Shown here: one piece after another, positions 20,811 to 30,525 of the stretch
Numbering within the stretch: the stretch's first letter is position 1
Layout: the number at the start of each line of letters is the position of its first letter
Assembly (NCBI GenBank): GCA_025558095.1
Contig: JAIVFI010000001.1
Location: 1,116,001-1,180,000, forward strand
Length of the DNA stretch: 64,000 nucleotides
Direction: 5' to 3'
Origin: Hyaloraphidium curvatum SAG 235-1
Taxonomy: Eukaryota; Fungi; Monoblepharomycota
Position numbers and translations under genes: made by a program
Notes under the pieces: generated by a model
Seen by the model: the letters and a program-made list of their open reading frames with translations, nothing else
Database searches by the model: none
Told to the model about the DNA's origin: nothing

Positions 20811-22711
20811 ATGGCGGACCTCATCATCAAGGCTGCCTCGGTCATAACGATGGACAGGACGTCGTCTCGCGCCGAAGCCGTGGCCGTGGACACAAAGTCC
20901 GGCCTCATTGCCGCGGTCGGGTCCCTCGCCGACGTCAAGGCCGCCGCGGCCCCGGACGCCGCGCTCGTCGACCTCGGCACCTCGGTGCTGATGCCGGGAT
21001 TCATCGACCCGCACTCGCACCCCCTGCTTTCGGGCGTCTCGACCCAACCTCCTGCCATTTGGATCGCGCCGTACGTCAGCTGCCCCACGTGGGAGGACGT
21101 CAAGAAGAAGTTCCGCGAGGTCGATGCCGAGCTGCCGCCCGGCCACCCGGCCTTCTTCTGCGGGCTCGACCGCATGCTGCAGTCGGCCCCCGAGCTCGAC
21201 AACGTCATGCTCGACGAGTTCTTCCCGGCGCGGCCCGCGTTCGTGCTCGACAACTCGGGCCACGAGGGGTATTTCAACACCCGAACCATGGAGCTCGCCG
21301 GCTGGAAGGACCGCAAGCCGCCTCCGGACCCCGTCGGCAGCCGCTTCGGCCGCAACCCCGACGGCACATCCAATGGCCGTGCGTTCGAGACGGCCGCCGA
21401 ACTCGTAGCTGTCACGCCCGTCTTGAGCAAGGCAATCCCGCACCCGCTGTCGTCCATGGCCAAATGGTTTTCGCTCATGAGCAAGAACGGAATCACCGCG
21501 ACGACGGAACACGCTTTCGAGACTAAGCTGGCAAAGGCCTACATCGGCACCGCGATGGCCCCCAACGTTCCTCTCCGGGTCGGGCTGTACCACATGAGTA
21601 TCGAGGAGGATTGCGGCGGGCAATGGACGTCTCCGGTTCCCAAAGGGCTTCTATGGAAGCAGGGGATCAAGCTATGGGCTGACGGATCGCCGTGAGTTGA
21701 CCATCTTTCTGTCGTCGCTTGATCGCGTTGCTCATTCCGTCCAAAAAGTTGGGTCGGAACCATTGCAACTTCGTTCCCTTACCAGGACAACGAGACGGTC
21801 CGCGACGCGCAGCTTCCCATCGAGGCCAAGGGGGAAAAGAACATGAACTATTCGCGAGCCGAGATCGACACCGTCCTTGAGAAGAACGTCGCGAAAGGTG
21901 GGCTGCTGCTACATGCAGGATGTGAACGAGAAATTGCTAACCTCGGGCAAACAACCAGGCTTTCAGTTTGCCGTTCACTGCAACGGCGACGTGGGATTCG
22001 ACGTTATCCTTGACGCCTACGAAGCGGCGCTTTCCAAGCACAACTTGCTAGGCACGGACCACCGTTGGCGCGTGGAGCATTGCGGTGCCGTCCGCGCCGA
22101 TCAGTTCAAGCGCGCCGCCTCGCTCGGGATCGCCATCTCGTTGGCACCGTTCCAGTTCCATTATTGGTGAGCTCGGTATTGTCGGTGAGCCAACAGAGCA
22201 TCCATTCACCGGCTTTTGTTCCAGGGCCGACCTCCTTGACGGCGTCGTGTTTGCTCCCGAGATCGGCTCCCAGTGGCAGTCAGCCGGCTCGGCCTTCGCG
22301 AGCGGCGCCTCCGTGTCGTTCCACAACGACGGCGGCGTGAGCCCCCCGCTGCCGCTGCTCAACGTGCAGGCCATGGTGACCCGCAAAGGGGCTTCGGGCA
22401 AGGTGCACGGGCCGAACCAATGCGTCACGGTCGACCAGGCGCTCAGGGCGCACACGGTCAACGCCGCGTTCCAGATCGGGCGGGACGACCTCGGATCGAT
22501 CGAAAAGGGCAAGGTGGCGGACTTTGTGGTTCTCGCCGAGGACCCCTACGCCGTGGATCCGGACAGGATCGCCTCGATCAAGGTCGAGGCGACCTACCTC
22601 GGAGGGCGCAAGGTCGATACGGAGGCTTTCGAAAAAGAGATCATGGCCATCGATCCCACGCAGCACAAGGAGATTCAGGGCACCCTGCCGCGCTCCAAGC
22701 ACTGCTGTTGA
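20811..22711 (+). CDS. Amidohydrolase 3 family (YtcJ/NfdA-like) metal-dependent hydrolase
   Basis: Introns 21692-21748, 21898-21958, 22167-22224; MPGFIDPHSHP, GIKLWADGSPW, HCNGD, RWRVEHC, HNDG, GSIEKGKVADFVVL. Confidence 0.9.
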
Positions 22712-22994
22712 TTTGCAGATGGGCGCTCGATGTAGAAAGACGTAGACATTAATTTACTCGTTCATTCTCTAATGAATCTGCTCTAAAGATGGGCGATCCA
22801 AATGAAATGCGCCAGTTCCTGGCACGAGTGGTAAGAGCGCCTCTGAACTATTTTGAATACCTGTTGGTCGCGACCCCCGGGCGCGCCCACCGGACGGGGA
22901 TAAAAGGGCCGCGGGGACTGGCTCACCGATCACCGCGACAGCCGCACACCTCCCCCGCCCGTTCCGCCGCCGTCCCCCGCCTCAGACTCACGCA

Positions 22995-23356
22995 ATGGTC
23001 AGCAGACGTCTCTTGCAGTGCGCCGCGGCCTCCGTGCGCCGCGCGGCGGGCGCATTCGCCCGGGCTCCGCCGTTCCGTCTCCGACCGTCTGACCCGCGTT
23101 CCCGCCCCTCCCGCCCGCCAGGCCAAGGCCGCGAGCACCAAGTCTACCCCGCGCAAGAAGGGCCACAGCGCCTACAACGAGTGCGCTTCCCCCGCGCCTT
23201 ACCCATCGGATGCTCACCCCCCCCCGCAGCTTCATGAAGACCGAGATCCCGCGCGTCAAGAGCGAGAACCCCGGCATTGCCCACAAGGAGGCGTTCAAGC
23301 AGGCCGCGAAAAACTGGAAGAATGCGCCCGAAAACCCCAACCGCGGGACCGCGTGA
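22995..23356 (+). CDS. 62-aa YABBY-type HMG-box microprotein
   Basis: Exons 22995-22997 (ATG only), 23122-23180, 23230-23356: [69 protein letters not shown] about 95 bp upstream. Confidence 0.85.
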
Positions 23357-24905
23357 TCCGGCCCTTTCGCACGGTGGGCTGGCCAGGAAGCGAGGATGCT
23401 CGATCGTCCACTAAGCCCGCATCCTGCGCAGCACTTTACATGCGATACCCACGCGGCCGCATGGACACGACCGCCTGTCCGACGAGCGAGGACTAAATCG
23501 TATCATAACCTGTAACACCACCCCGGATCTGTAACACGAAGCGGACTTCCACCCTACCCGTTTCTCGCTGGCTGCCACGAAAGTCTTCGACCAGTCCGTC
23601 CGATCCAAATCCAGAGACTCCGAGGTCAGCTTGGACTTTTGCTGCGTGAAGACTGGGCAAGTTTGAGAAGTCCTGTCGAGAACGGGGGACGGTGCTGGCA
23701 CAGCTCAAGAGCCTCGGGCGATGTGCCGAAACAGCTTGAGCTCTGCAATCCCGAACATCGGTGCCCAGCTGCAATTCATTTGTTTGGCTTCTTGCAGTCT
23801 CTTACCCAGAAGGCGGAATCCGTGGTGCCCGAGGTCACCATGGTCCGTTGCTTCAAATGGTCGCCGAAACCCCAACCAAGGCGGGAAATGCGCGGCAACG
23901 GTTCCTCTCAAGCAGCCGAAAAACGGCCGTCCGCAGCGGCCCGTTCGCCGCGCGGGAATTCGCCCGCACGTGGGCAGTGAGCACCACCTCCGTGGAAGCT
24001 CCACCAGCCCGGCTTCGCAAACACGCCGGCGACCTCCGGCTCTTCGGTCCGCACCCGGCTGCCCCGGCGTCCGCCTGCCTGCCCCGCGCGGGAGGGGTTG
24101 CAGGATCCGTCGCTGTGTGCGAGGGACCCACGGGGAGCGTGCCAGCTGGCTCCGGGAGCGGGCGGGCTCGCCGTGCTGTCGAAACGGCTGCCGTCGGTGC
24201 AGCCGTGAGGGAACAAACGCGGGCGGTTGTGGGAGCCTTCCTGCGGGCGTGTTCCGAGCCCGGTAGTTCGGGGATGGCGCCGGGCAGGCAGACCATCCGC
24301 ATTCGGTCGGGAGCTCGGGCAAGCCGTCCGCCGTCCCGGGAACGCTCGGCGTGCGAAGCTCGCAGCCCGCAAATGCCGGGAAAATTGTGGAGGCGGTGCT
24401 CGTCGCACCAGGCGACAGGCGATGGGGAGCGGGTGCCCGGAGCGGTGACGGTGCGCGTTGGGCCGGAGCCGCGGTGATTCGACCTCCCAGCCGTCCCGCG
24501 GCCTCGAAAGACTTCGATGGGAGCGGCCCGAGTGGAGCGGCCGGCTTGATGCCGCGGGATGGAGAAAACGCAGCGCGGGTCGTCGAGGCGGGTTGGAACT
24601 TCGGACGCGCCGTTTCCGGGCCCGGCGCCGCCGGCGACGTGGAGCGCGGTGCAGGGGCGACGCGTCGGCAGTGTCCCCGGGTGCTCGCGGGCCTCCATCG
24701 GCGCGGGCGCCCGCGGGGTGATTGACCCAAACAATGGAGGTGCCTTGGCTGTGCTCGGAGCCGATTTTCAAAGTCGTCGCCGGGGCTCCGCAGCCCCCGG
24801 GCCGGCTGCATCTCGGTCTCGACTTGCTACATGCGCGGCGCGGCGGTGATCGGCCGGGAGGGCGGGCGTGGAGGGGCCGCCGAAGGTTCCCAGCCAGCCA
24901 CGACT

Positions 24906-24912
24906 ATAAAAG
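24906..24912 (+). promoter_or_regulatory. TATA box (TATAAAA)
   Basis: TATAAAAGG in a very GC-rich context, about 115 bp upstream of ATG 25021. Confidence 0.55.
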
Positions 24913-25020
24913 GCAGGGGCGTCGCCACTGTTTGGCACAGACATCCCTGTCATCACACCCCGCCTTCATCGCCGCCGCCGACGCCGCCTGCTGCCGCTGC
25001 ATACCCTGACGCTGGCAAGC

Positions 25021-26268
25021 ATGTCGGGCGACGGGCGCTTGCGCATTGGCCGCGCCTTCGACGGTGTGCGCCGCTTCGTTGCCCGCACCGTGGCCGCGCT
25101 CGCCCCGCGCCCGGACGCCCCCGCGCCGGCCGCCCCCGCCTCCTCCCACACTCCCTGGGCCAAGCTCGCCCCGATCGGCGGCCGGATGTCGGCGACGGAG
25201 AGCGGCTTCGCCCGAGCGCCGCCGGTCGCCGTGCCGGTCGCCGCTGCCTTCTCCGCCCCCGCACCCCCGGCCCCGGAGCCCACCCCCTCCCCCGTGGACA
25301 CTCTCGCCGACACCAGCGCTGCTCCCTGCCCGTGCGCCTCGGCTGTCGCCCTCGCCAAGGAGATGTACTACCTGTGCGGCGCCGGGCTGTCGCTCGTGCG
25401 CCTCATGAGCAAGCTGCGCTGCCACCCGGACGCCGTCCAGGCGCAGCTGGACAAGGAGGTCGCGGCCTACCGGACCTACTTGCTACTCAAGAAGGCCGGC
25501 GTCTCGGTGCAGGAGGTCGTCGAGCGGGCGAGCTCGCAGGCCGAGGCCGTCAGGCAGCTCGCGCTGCTGGTGGACGAGCTGGAGCAACCCGAGCCGGAGC
25601 CCGTGGAGCCGGAGCCCGCCGAGCAGGACGCTGTGCAAGCCCCCAGGGAAGCCGGCGTGCCTGCCTCGGACGGGACGCTCGAGGCTGCCCAGAAGCCCGA
25701 GGACGCCTCCGAGCTCGTCAGCGATGCATCCCTCGTGCAAACCCGCGTGGAAGCCGAGGTGCTCGCTGAGCTCGAGGATGCGGCCGGGCCTCAGAGCCGC
25801 AGCCCGTTCCGCATCGGCCAGAGCGCCTTCAACGAGCGCAGGCGGTTCTGGGAGACCAGGATAGCCGCCGGGAGCGCTTCGTCCCTCGTGCAAACCGACT
25901 CGGGAGCCTGGGACAGCGCCTCGGAGGACATGCAGCCGGTCGTCGGCCCGCCCGCCGTGCAAGCCCTGGTGGAAGCCGGGGCGGGCGACGACAAGCTGTC
26001 GGTCTTCAGCTCGGAAGCCGACTCGGACACCCTGAGGGGCAGGTCCTCTGACGACCTGTCCCCGTCGACGCCGACCTCGTCGGCCGAGGAAGACATGCTC
26101 ATGGGACTGCCGAACGCGGACGCTGTGGAGCCCCATGCCGGCAGCTCGGGCGTGGAGGAGGCGGGATGGTCCCAAGGGCCCCGCCACCCCTGCCCGACCC
26201 CATCCCTGGGGAAGCTGTCTTACTTGAGGCGGTTTGGACGGTCGCGGGGTGCGCAGGGCGCGCAGTGA
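25021..26268 (+). CDS. Hypothetical protein (helical core plus acidic disordered tail)
   Basis: 415-aa ORF with GC-ending codons and an upstream TATA box; no family recognised; the 3' end may be spliced differently. Confidence 0.6.
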   Translation: MSGDGRLRIGRAFDGVRRFVARTVAALAPRPDAPAPAAPASSHTPWAKLAPIGGRMSATESGFARAPPVAVPVAAAFSAPAPPAPEPTPSPVDTLADTSAAPCPCASAVALAKEMYYLCGAGLSLVRLMSKLRCHPDAVQAQLDKEVAAYRTYLLLKKAGVSVQEVVERASSQAEAVRQLALLVDELEQPEPEPVEPEPAEQDAVQAPREAGVPASDGTLEAAQKPEDASELVSDASLVQTRVEAEVLAELEDAAGPQSRSPFRIGQSAFNERRRFWETRIAAGSASSLVQTDSGAWDSASEDMQPVVGPPAVQALVEAGAGDDKLSVFSSEADSDTLRGRSSDDLSPSTPTSSAEEDMLMGLPNADAVEPHAGSSGVEEAGWSQGPRHPCPTPSLGKLSYLRRFGRSRGAQGAQ

Positions 26269-26806
26269 GGGAGGCCTTGTGGAGGCCCGGTGCGAGATCT
26301 GCGCGGCCGGGCACGAGCAGGAGCCCGTCGGCGGACGTCCGCCGCGGGACGCAGATGTCTTCGGACTTCATCGGGATGCCGGGCCTCAAGGCACGGCAAC
26401 ACGTCTTCAGCAGAAGCCCCGGCGCGGATCCGCGTCGCCGGGGCTGTCCCGCAAGGACCTGAAGGAAGGAGCTCAAACATGGAATGAGTCGCGAGGGTCG
26501 GCGAGGTTAGGCGGAGCTGGAAATCTGGCCGCGGATCCGGGGACTGGCCACCCCCGGGTCTGCGATCGGGTGAACGGCAAAGCCTGCCGAGCAGATCCGA
26601 GCGAACGAGCATGAGACACAGCATGACATCGTGTAACATACGCAACAAGCAATCAGACACTTTGACATCTAGCAGAATAGCCGAGTCCAGTCCAGTCCTT
26701 GCCAGCTAATCGAGATACCGATCGGCAAACTCGGGCACGGTAAAGTTGTCTGGGAGCGCAAGCTTTTTGACTGCCGTGGAATCAGAATGCCTACATGAAT
26801 CGTGCC

Positions 26807-28450
26807 TCAGTAGAAAATCAGCGACGCCAACTGCGGCAACCCAACCGCCGCTTCCACCTTGACCACGTGCGTCTCGCCGTCCGCCACCCCCTTCGGAATC
26901 TCGCTGGGGCAGCAGTTCGTCCGATAGAACGAGACATGCGGGTAGGGCGGGTAACCCGTTACGAACCCGCACTCGAATATCCGATCGCCGCTGCCGCTCC
27001 CTGGGTCGTCGGGGAAAGTGACTCTGAGCTTTGCCACGGGGATCGCGCGGCCCATTGTGGTCGCGCAGAGCGTGGTGGTGCCGTTGCGGATGGGGATGAG
27101 GAACGTGACGGTCGCGTTTTCGCGGGTGGGCGTCCAGGTGCGCTTGATGTCGATGCGGTCGCCCGTCTCGTAGGTTTGCAGGTGGAAGCTTTCGTTGGTG
27201 GAGGCTGCCAGGTCCGAGTCGAGGTGGGAGAGCGTGGTGTTGCACTGGATGGTGTAGCGGTTGAGGTCGGAGAAGCGGGACAGGAGAGACAAAGTAGACG
27301 CAGGCCATTCCACATGCGGGAGAGGGAAAGGAGGGGTCGGATGTTGGGAGGCGGGGAGCGAGGAGACGGCGGTCCAGGCGTCCCGGAAGTAGTTCCATAT
27401 TTGCTCCGCCATGACCCGGTGACCGAGCTCGCCGAAATGCATGTCGGCTCCGTTCCTGGCAAACAAGAGCTTGGCGTCGCTTTGCAGTGCCGCCTGCGCA
27501 CCCTTGCTGAGGTCGCCGGGGAAACCATCTGTCGGGGAAATGTCGCGCGCGGCCAGCACGCCGTGTATCCAGCTGATCACGGGAACTCCGAGCGGCTGCG
27601 CCGCCGGCACCGTGATGGAGTTGAATTTGCCCATATGCGGGCATTGCCAGGGCGTCTTTCCGCCCCCCAAACATTCCGCCTTAGTGACCGAGGCAACGAT
27701 CGCCGCCGATCCGTCCGGGTGCGACCGCGTGCCGGAGAGCAAGGACGCGAGGAACGCGCTGAGCATTTCCGCCGGACCGTCGAGGCTGGCCTCGAAATCG
27801 GCAATGTACACGTCGGCGGGGCCGGTAAAGGAGCCCCTCCTGGCGATCATCTTTTCCAGGCAGAAGATGAAGAGGGAGAAGCCCGCAGCGCCTTGGGCGC
27901 CGTTGACGAGCTCCACGCCGAACCCGCCCTCTTCCCGGGTGAGCCCCGCGCCTTTCCTGCGGGACAGCAGGCGGCGGAGAACTTCGGGAAAGGCGTCGCG
28001 CACGGGGTCTTTGAGGTAGGCGCCGGCGGAGTACGAGGAACCGACGACCGCGACGCGGAGCGGGCGGCGTTCCCGGCGGGCGCGCAGGATGGCAGCCGAC
28101 ACGCGGGTGGGGTCCCCGCGCGAGTAGAGGGAGGCCTGCAGCGCCCGCGGTGTCCGAAGCAGGCCGAACAGCGCGGAAGCGGCTGCGTCCCCGGCTGTGT
28201 GAGGTTCGCCGTCTGCAAAGCCGTCGTCCGCACGGTCGGCGCCCTCTTCGACGCGAGCATTCTCCGGCGGCCGCGGCTTCCCGCTCCTTTCCGGGACGTA
28301 TCCTGCCGTGGGAGGGCCAGATTCCGTCCGTGCAACGGCGCGTCCGCTGTCGCCGCTGAGGAGGACCGAGGCACCAAATGGCAGCAGGTACGCCGCGGCG
28401 ATGACGAGCACGGCGATCGCAAATGTCCTAGTCTTCGTTGCCGTCGTCAT
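26807..28450 (-). CDS. Type II membrane SGNH/GDSL-like protein (Cap64/Cas3-like)
   Basis: N-terminal TM; RVAVVGSSYSAG (block I), VNGAQGAAGFSLFIFCLE, DVYIADFE, DMHFGELGHRVMAEQI (block V). Confidence 0.65.
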   Translation of the reverse strand: MTTATKTRTFAIAVLVIAAAYLLPFGASVLLSGDSGRAVARTESGPPTAGYVPERSGKPRPPENARVEEGADRADDGFADGEPHTAGDAAASALFGLLRTPRALQASLYSRGDPTRVSAAILRARRERRPLRVAVVGSSYSAGAYLKDPVRDAFPEVLRRLLSRRKGAGLTREEGGFGVELVNGAQGAAGFSLFIFCLEKMIARRGSFTGPADVYIADFEASLDGPAEMLSAFLASLLSGTRSHPDGSAAIVASVTKAECLGGGKTPWQCPHMGKFNSITVPAAQPLGVPVISWIHGVLAARDISPTDGFPGDLSKGAQAALQSDAKLLFARNGADMHFGELGHRVMAEQIWNYFRDAWTAVSSLPASQHPTPPFPLPHVEWPASTLSLLSRFSDLNRYTIQCNTTLSHLDSDLAASTNESFHLQTYETGDRIDIKRTWTPTRENATVTFLIPIRNGTTTLCATTMGRAIPVAKLRVTFPDDPGSGSGDRIFECGFVTGYPPYPHVSFYRTNCCPSEIPKGVADGETHVVKVEAAVGLPQLASLIFY

Positions 28451-28624
28451 CTTCGGTTGCCGCGCTCATGGCACGGACACGCTTCGGGACAACGACGGGG
28501 CGGAGGAGCGTCAAACAATCAACGCGTCTCCCACTCTCGCACTTCATCGGCCCGGTATTTGCGAGCCAGCCTTGATTCGAACCGGCCGGACTTGCCGCTG
28601 CTTTCACTTCCCGGCGCCGCATCG

Positions 28625-29587
28625 ATGTCCAAACCCGCGTGGCTCCGAACTCTCCGGCTGCCCCTCATCTCGGCGCCAATGTTTCTCGTCTCGAACCCGG
28701 ACACCGTGCTGGCGGCCTGCCGCGCGGGAATCGTGGGCTCACTCCCAGCGCTGAACGCGCGGACGGCCGAGCAGCTCGACGAATGGCTTTCGCGGATCGG
28801 AGACGGCCTGCGGGACGGGGGACAGAAAGCGAGGGAGCCGGGGCCGCACGCGGTGAACCTGATCGTGCACAAGACGAATCCGCGGCTGAAGCAGGACCTG
28901 GCCGTCGTCAAGAAGCACGCGGTGCCGCTGGTCATCACCTCGCTGGGCGCGGTGCCGGACGTCGTGGCCGAGGTGCAATCCTGGGGCGGCAAGGTGTTCC
29001 ACGACGTGACCAACGCCGTGCACGCGAAAAAGGCCGCGGCGGCGGGAGTGGACGGGCTGATCCTGGTGTGCGCGGGCGCGGGGGGGCACGCGGGCGTCGC
29101 CTCGCCGTTCGCGCTGGTGCAGAGGATCAGGGAGTTCTTCGACGGGACCGTGGTGCTGGCTGGGGCCATGTCGGACGGCAGGTCGCTGCTGGCGGCGCGG
29201 GCGCTGGGCGCCGATCTGGCATACATGGGGACGAGGTTCCTCGCGACCAAGGAGGCCGCGGCGCAGGAGCGGTACAAGCAGATGATCGTCGAGGCCGACG
29301 CGGGCCCGCCTCCCACGTTCATGCCCGTCACCTACACGGACCGCGTGTCTGGGATCCCGGCAAACTTCCTCCGCGCCAGCCTGGAGGAGCACGGCATCTC
29401 GGACTCCGGGCCCAAGGGCGAGGCGAGCGAGGACTGGATCAGCAACAGCGAAAGCAAGGCCTGGAAGGACATTTGGAGCGCGGGACAGGGGGTCATGAAC
29501 ATTCACGACGTGCCGAGCATCGCGGAGCTGGTGGACCGGCTAGAAAAGGAGTATCTCGGGGCCAGGAAGCAGCTTCTTGTAGAGTGA
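28625..29587 (+). CDS. Nitronate monooxygenase / 2-nitropropane dioxygenase family flavoprotein
   Basis: LRLPLISAPMFLVS, GIVGSLPALNAR, AVNLIVHKTNPRL, GAGGHAG, LGADLAYMGTRFLAT, KAWKDIWSAGQG; the real start is inside the 930-aa ORF. Confidence 0.92.
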   Translation: MSKPAWLRTLRLPLISAPMFLVSNPDTVLAACRAGIVGSLPALNARTAEQLDEWLSRIGDGLRDGGQKAREPGPHAVNLIVHKTNPRLKQDLAVVKKHAVPLVITSLGAVPDVVAEVQSWGGKVFHDVTNAVHAKKAAAAGVDGLILVCAGAGGHAGVASPFALVQRIREFFDGTVVLAGAMSDGRSLLAARALGADLAYMGTRFLATKEAAAQERYKQMIVEADAGPPPTFMPVTYTDRVSGIPANFLRASLEEHGISDSGPKGEASEDWISNSESKAWKDIWSAGQGVMNIHDVPSIAELVDRLEKEYLGARKQLLVE

Positions 29588-29718
29588 GCCCTGCGCCGGC
29601 CCGGGTATACACAATAGAGAAGAAGAGAACGAGGAAACAGTCCCATCCAAGCTCCGCCAGAGCGCTCAGTCAAAAGTCGAGCAATCACTCAGCACGAGGC
29701 GACATGATAAAGGTCCGT

Positions 29719-30204
29719 TCAAACAAAATGCCCAGGGCAGCTGCACGTCCACACGCCGTTCCTGTCCGGATGTCCCGGCACCTGCACCGTGACGTGCGGG
29801 CGCGCCCTGTGCCCGTAGCCGTGGCCGGTGCCCCTCTCGGAGGCCCGCTCGTCCCACTCGTCCTCCCCGTCCATGTCCGGTTCGCGCGAGGACGACCCGC
29901 TCGGCCTGCGCGAGCGCACGGTGCCGTCCGCGGGTACGGGCAGGTGCATCGGCAGCCCGTTGTCCGTCAACTTCCTCTCCGCGTGGCGCGGGGGTGCGAA
30001 GAGCAGCGCCGAGATGTACGCGAGGCCCGACGAGAGCGCGGCGAGCGCGCCGTCGAACGGCTGCGGGTCGGGCGACGGCGCGCGGCGGAGCGGCAGAGCG
30101 GCGGGCGGCGCGGACGGCAGCGGCGGCAGCGGCGGCAGCGAATCGTCGTCTGCCGCCGCCTTTGTGCGCCGCGGGTGGAAGTCGGCGGCGTGCGCGGCGG
30201 CCAT
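29719..30204 (-). CDS. Hypothetical protein
   Basis: 161-aa ATG ORF, mostly low complexity, ending WTCSCPGHFV. Confidence 0.45.
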   Translation of the reverse strand: MAAAHAADFHPRRTKAAADDDSLPPLPPLPSAPPAALPLRRAPSPDPQPFDGALAALSSGLAYISALLFAPPRHAERKLTDNGLPMHLPVPADGTVRSRRPSGSSSREPDMDGEDEWDERASERGTGHGYGHRARPHVTVQVPGHPDRNGVWTCSCPGHFV

Positions 30205-30525
30205 GGCGGGCGGGCGGGCGGCGGTGGGGCGCCGATCGGGCGCTGCTGTACGCGGCCTCGCTCGGCGATCTCAGGTGCCGATGGCCCGAATGCGATGAAG
30301 GCGGGCGCCAGGGGGTTGTTTGGCCGAGTTTGGCGGGTTGGGCTGGTGTTTACAGCCCTGCAGCTTCACGAGGCATCTGGAGGAGCGCGAAAGGATGGAG
30401 TATGTAGCTAGTAATGTAATCTGTAGCTTCCTGTGGCACCCTCCGCGGTGGCGTGAGGTGAATCGCTTGTTGTGCCTCTCCGTCCCGTCTCGATTCCTCA
30501 CAAGTCAAGGCCCAGCGCAACCGCC

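Noticed and set aside
20811-22711. Amidohydrolase as the split N-terminal half of FluG for the GS-like gene at 2276-3682
   Set aside because: It is a different amidohydrolase subfamily (YtcJ-like) and lies 17 kb away with unrelated genes between.
23705-24811. Overlapping 240-370-aa ORFs as genes
   Set aside because: Several frames on both strands are open with non-protein-like composition and no motifs or clear splice pattern.
26795-28624. N-terminal part of the 930-aa plus-strand ORF as an NMO fusion
   Set aside because: It is antisense to the SGNH gene; the NMO homology starts at ATG 28625.
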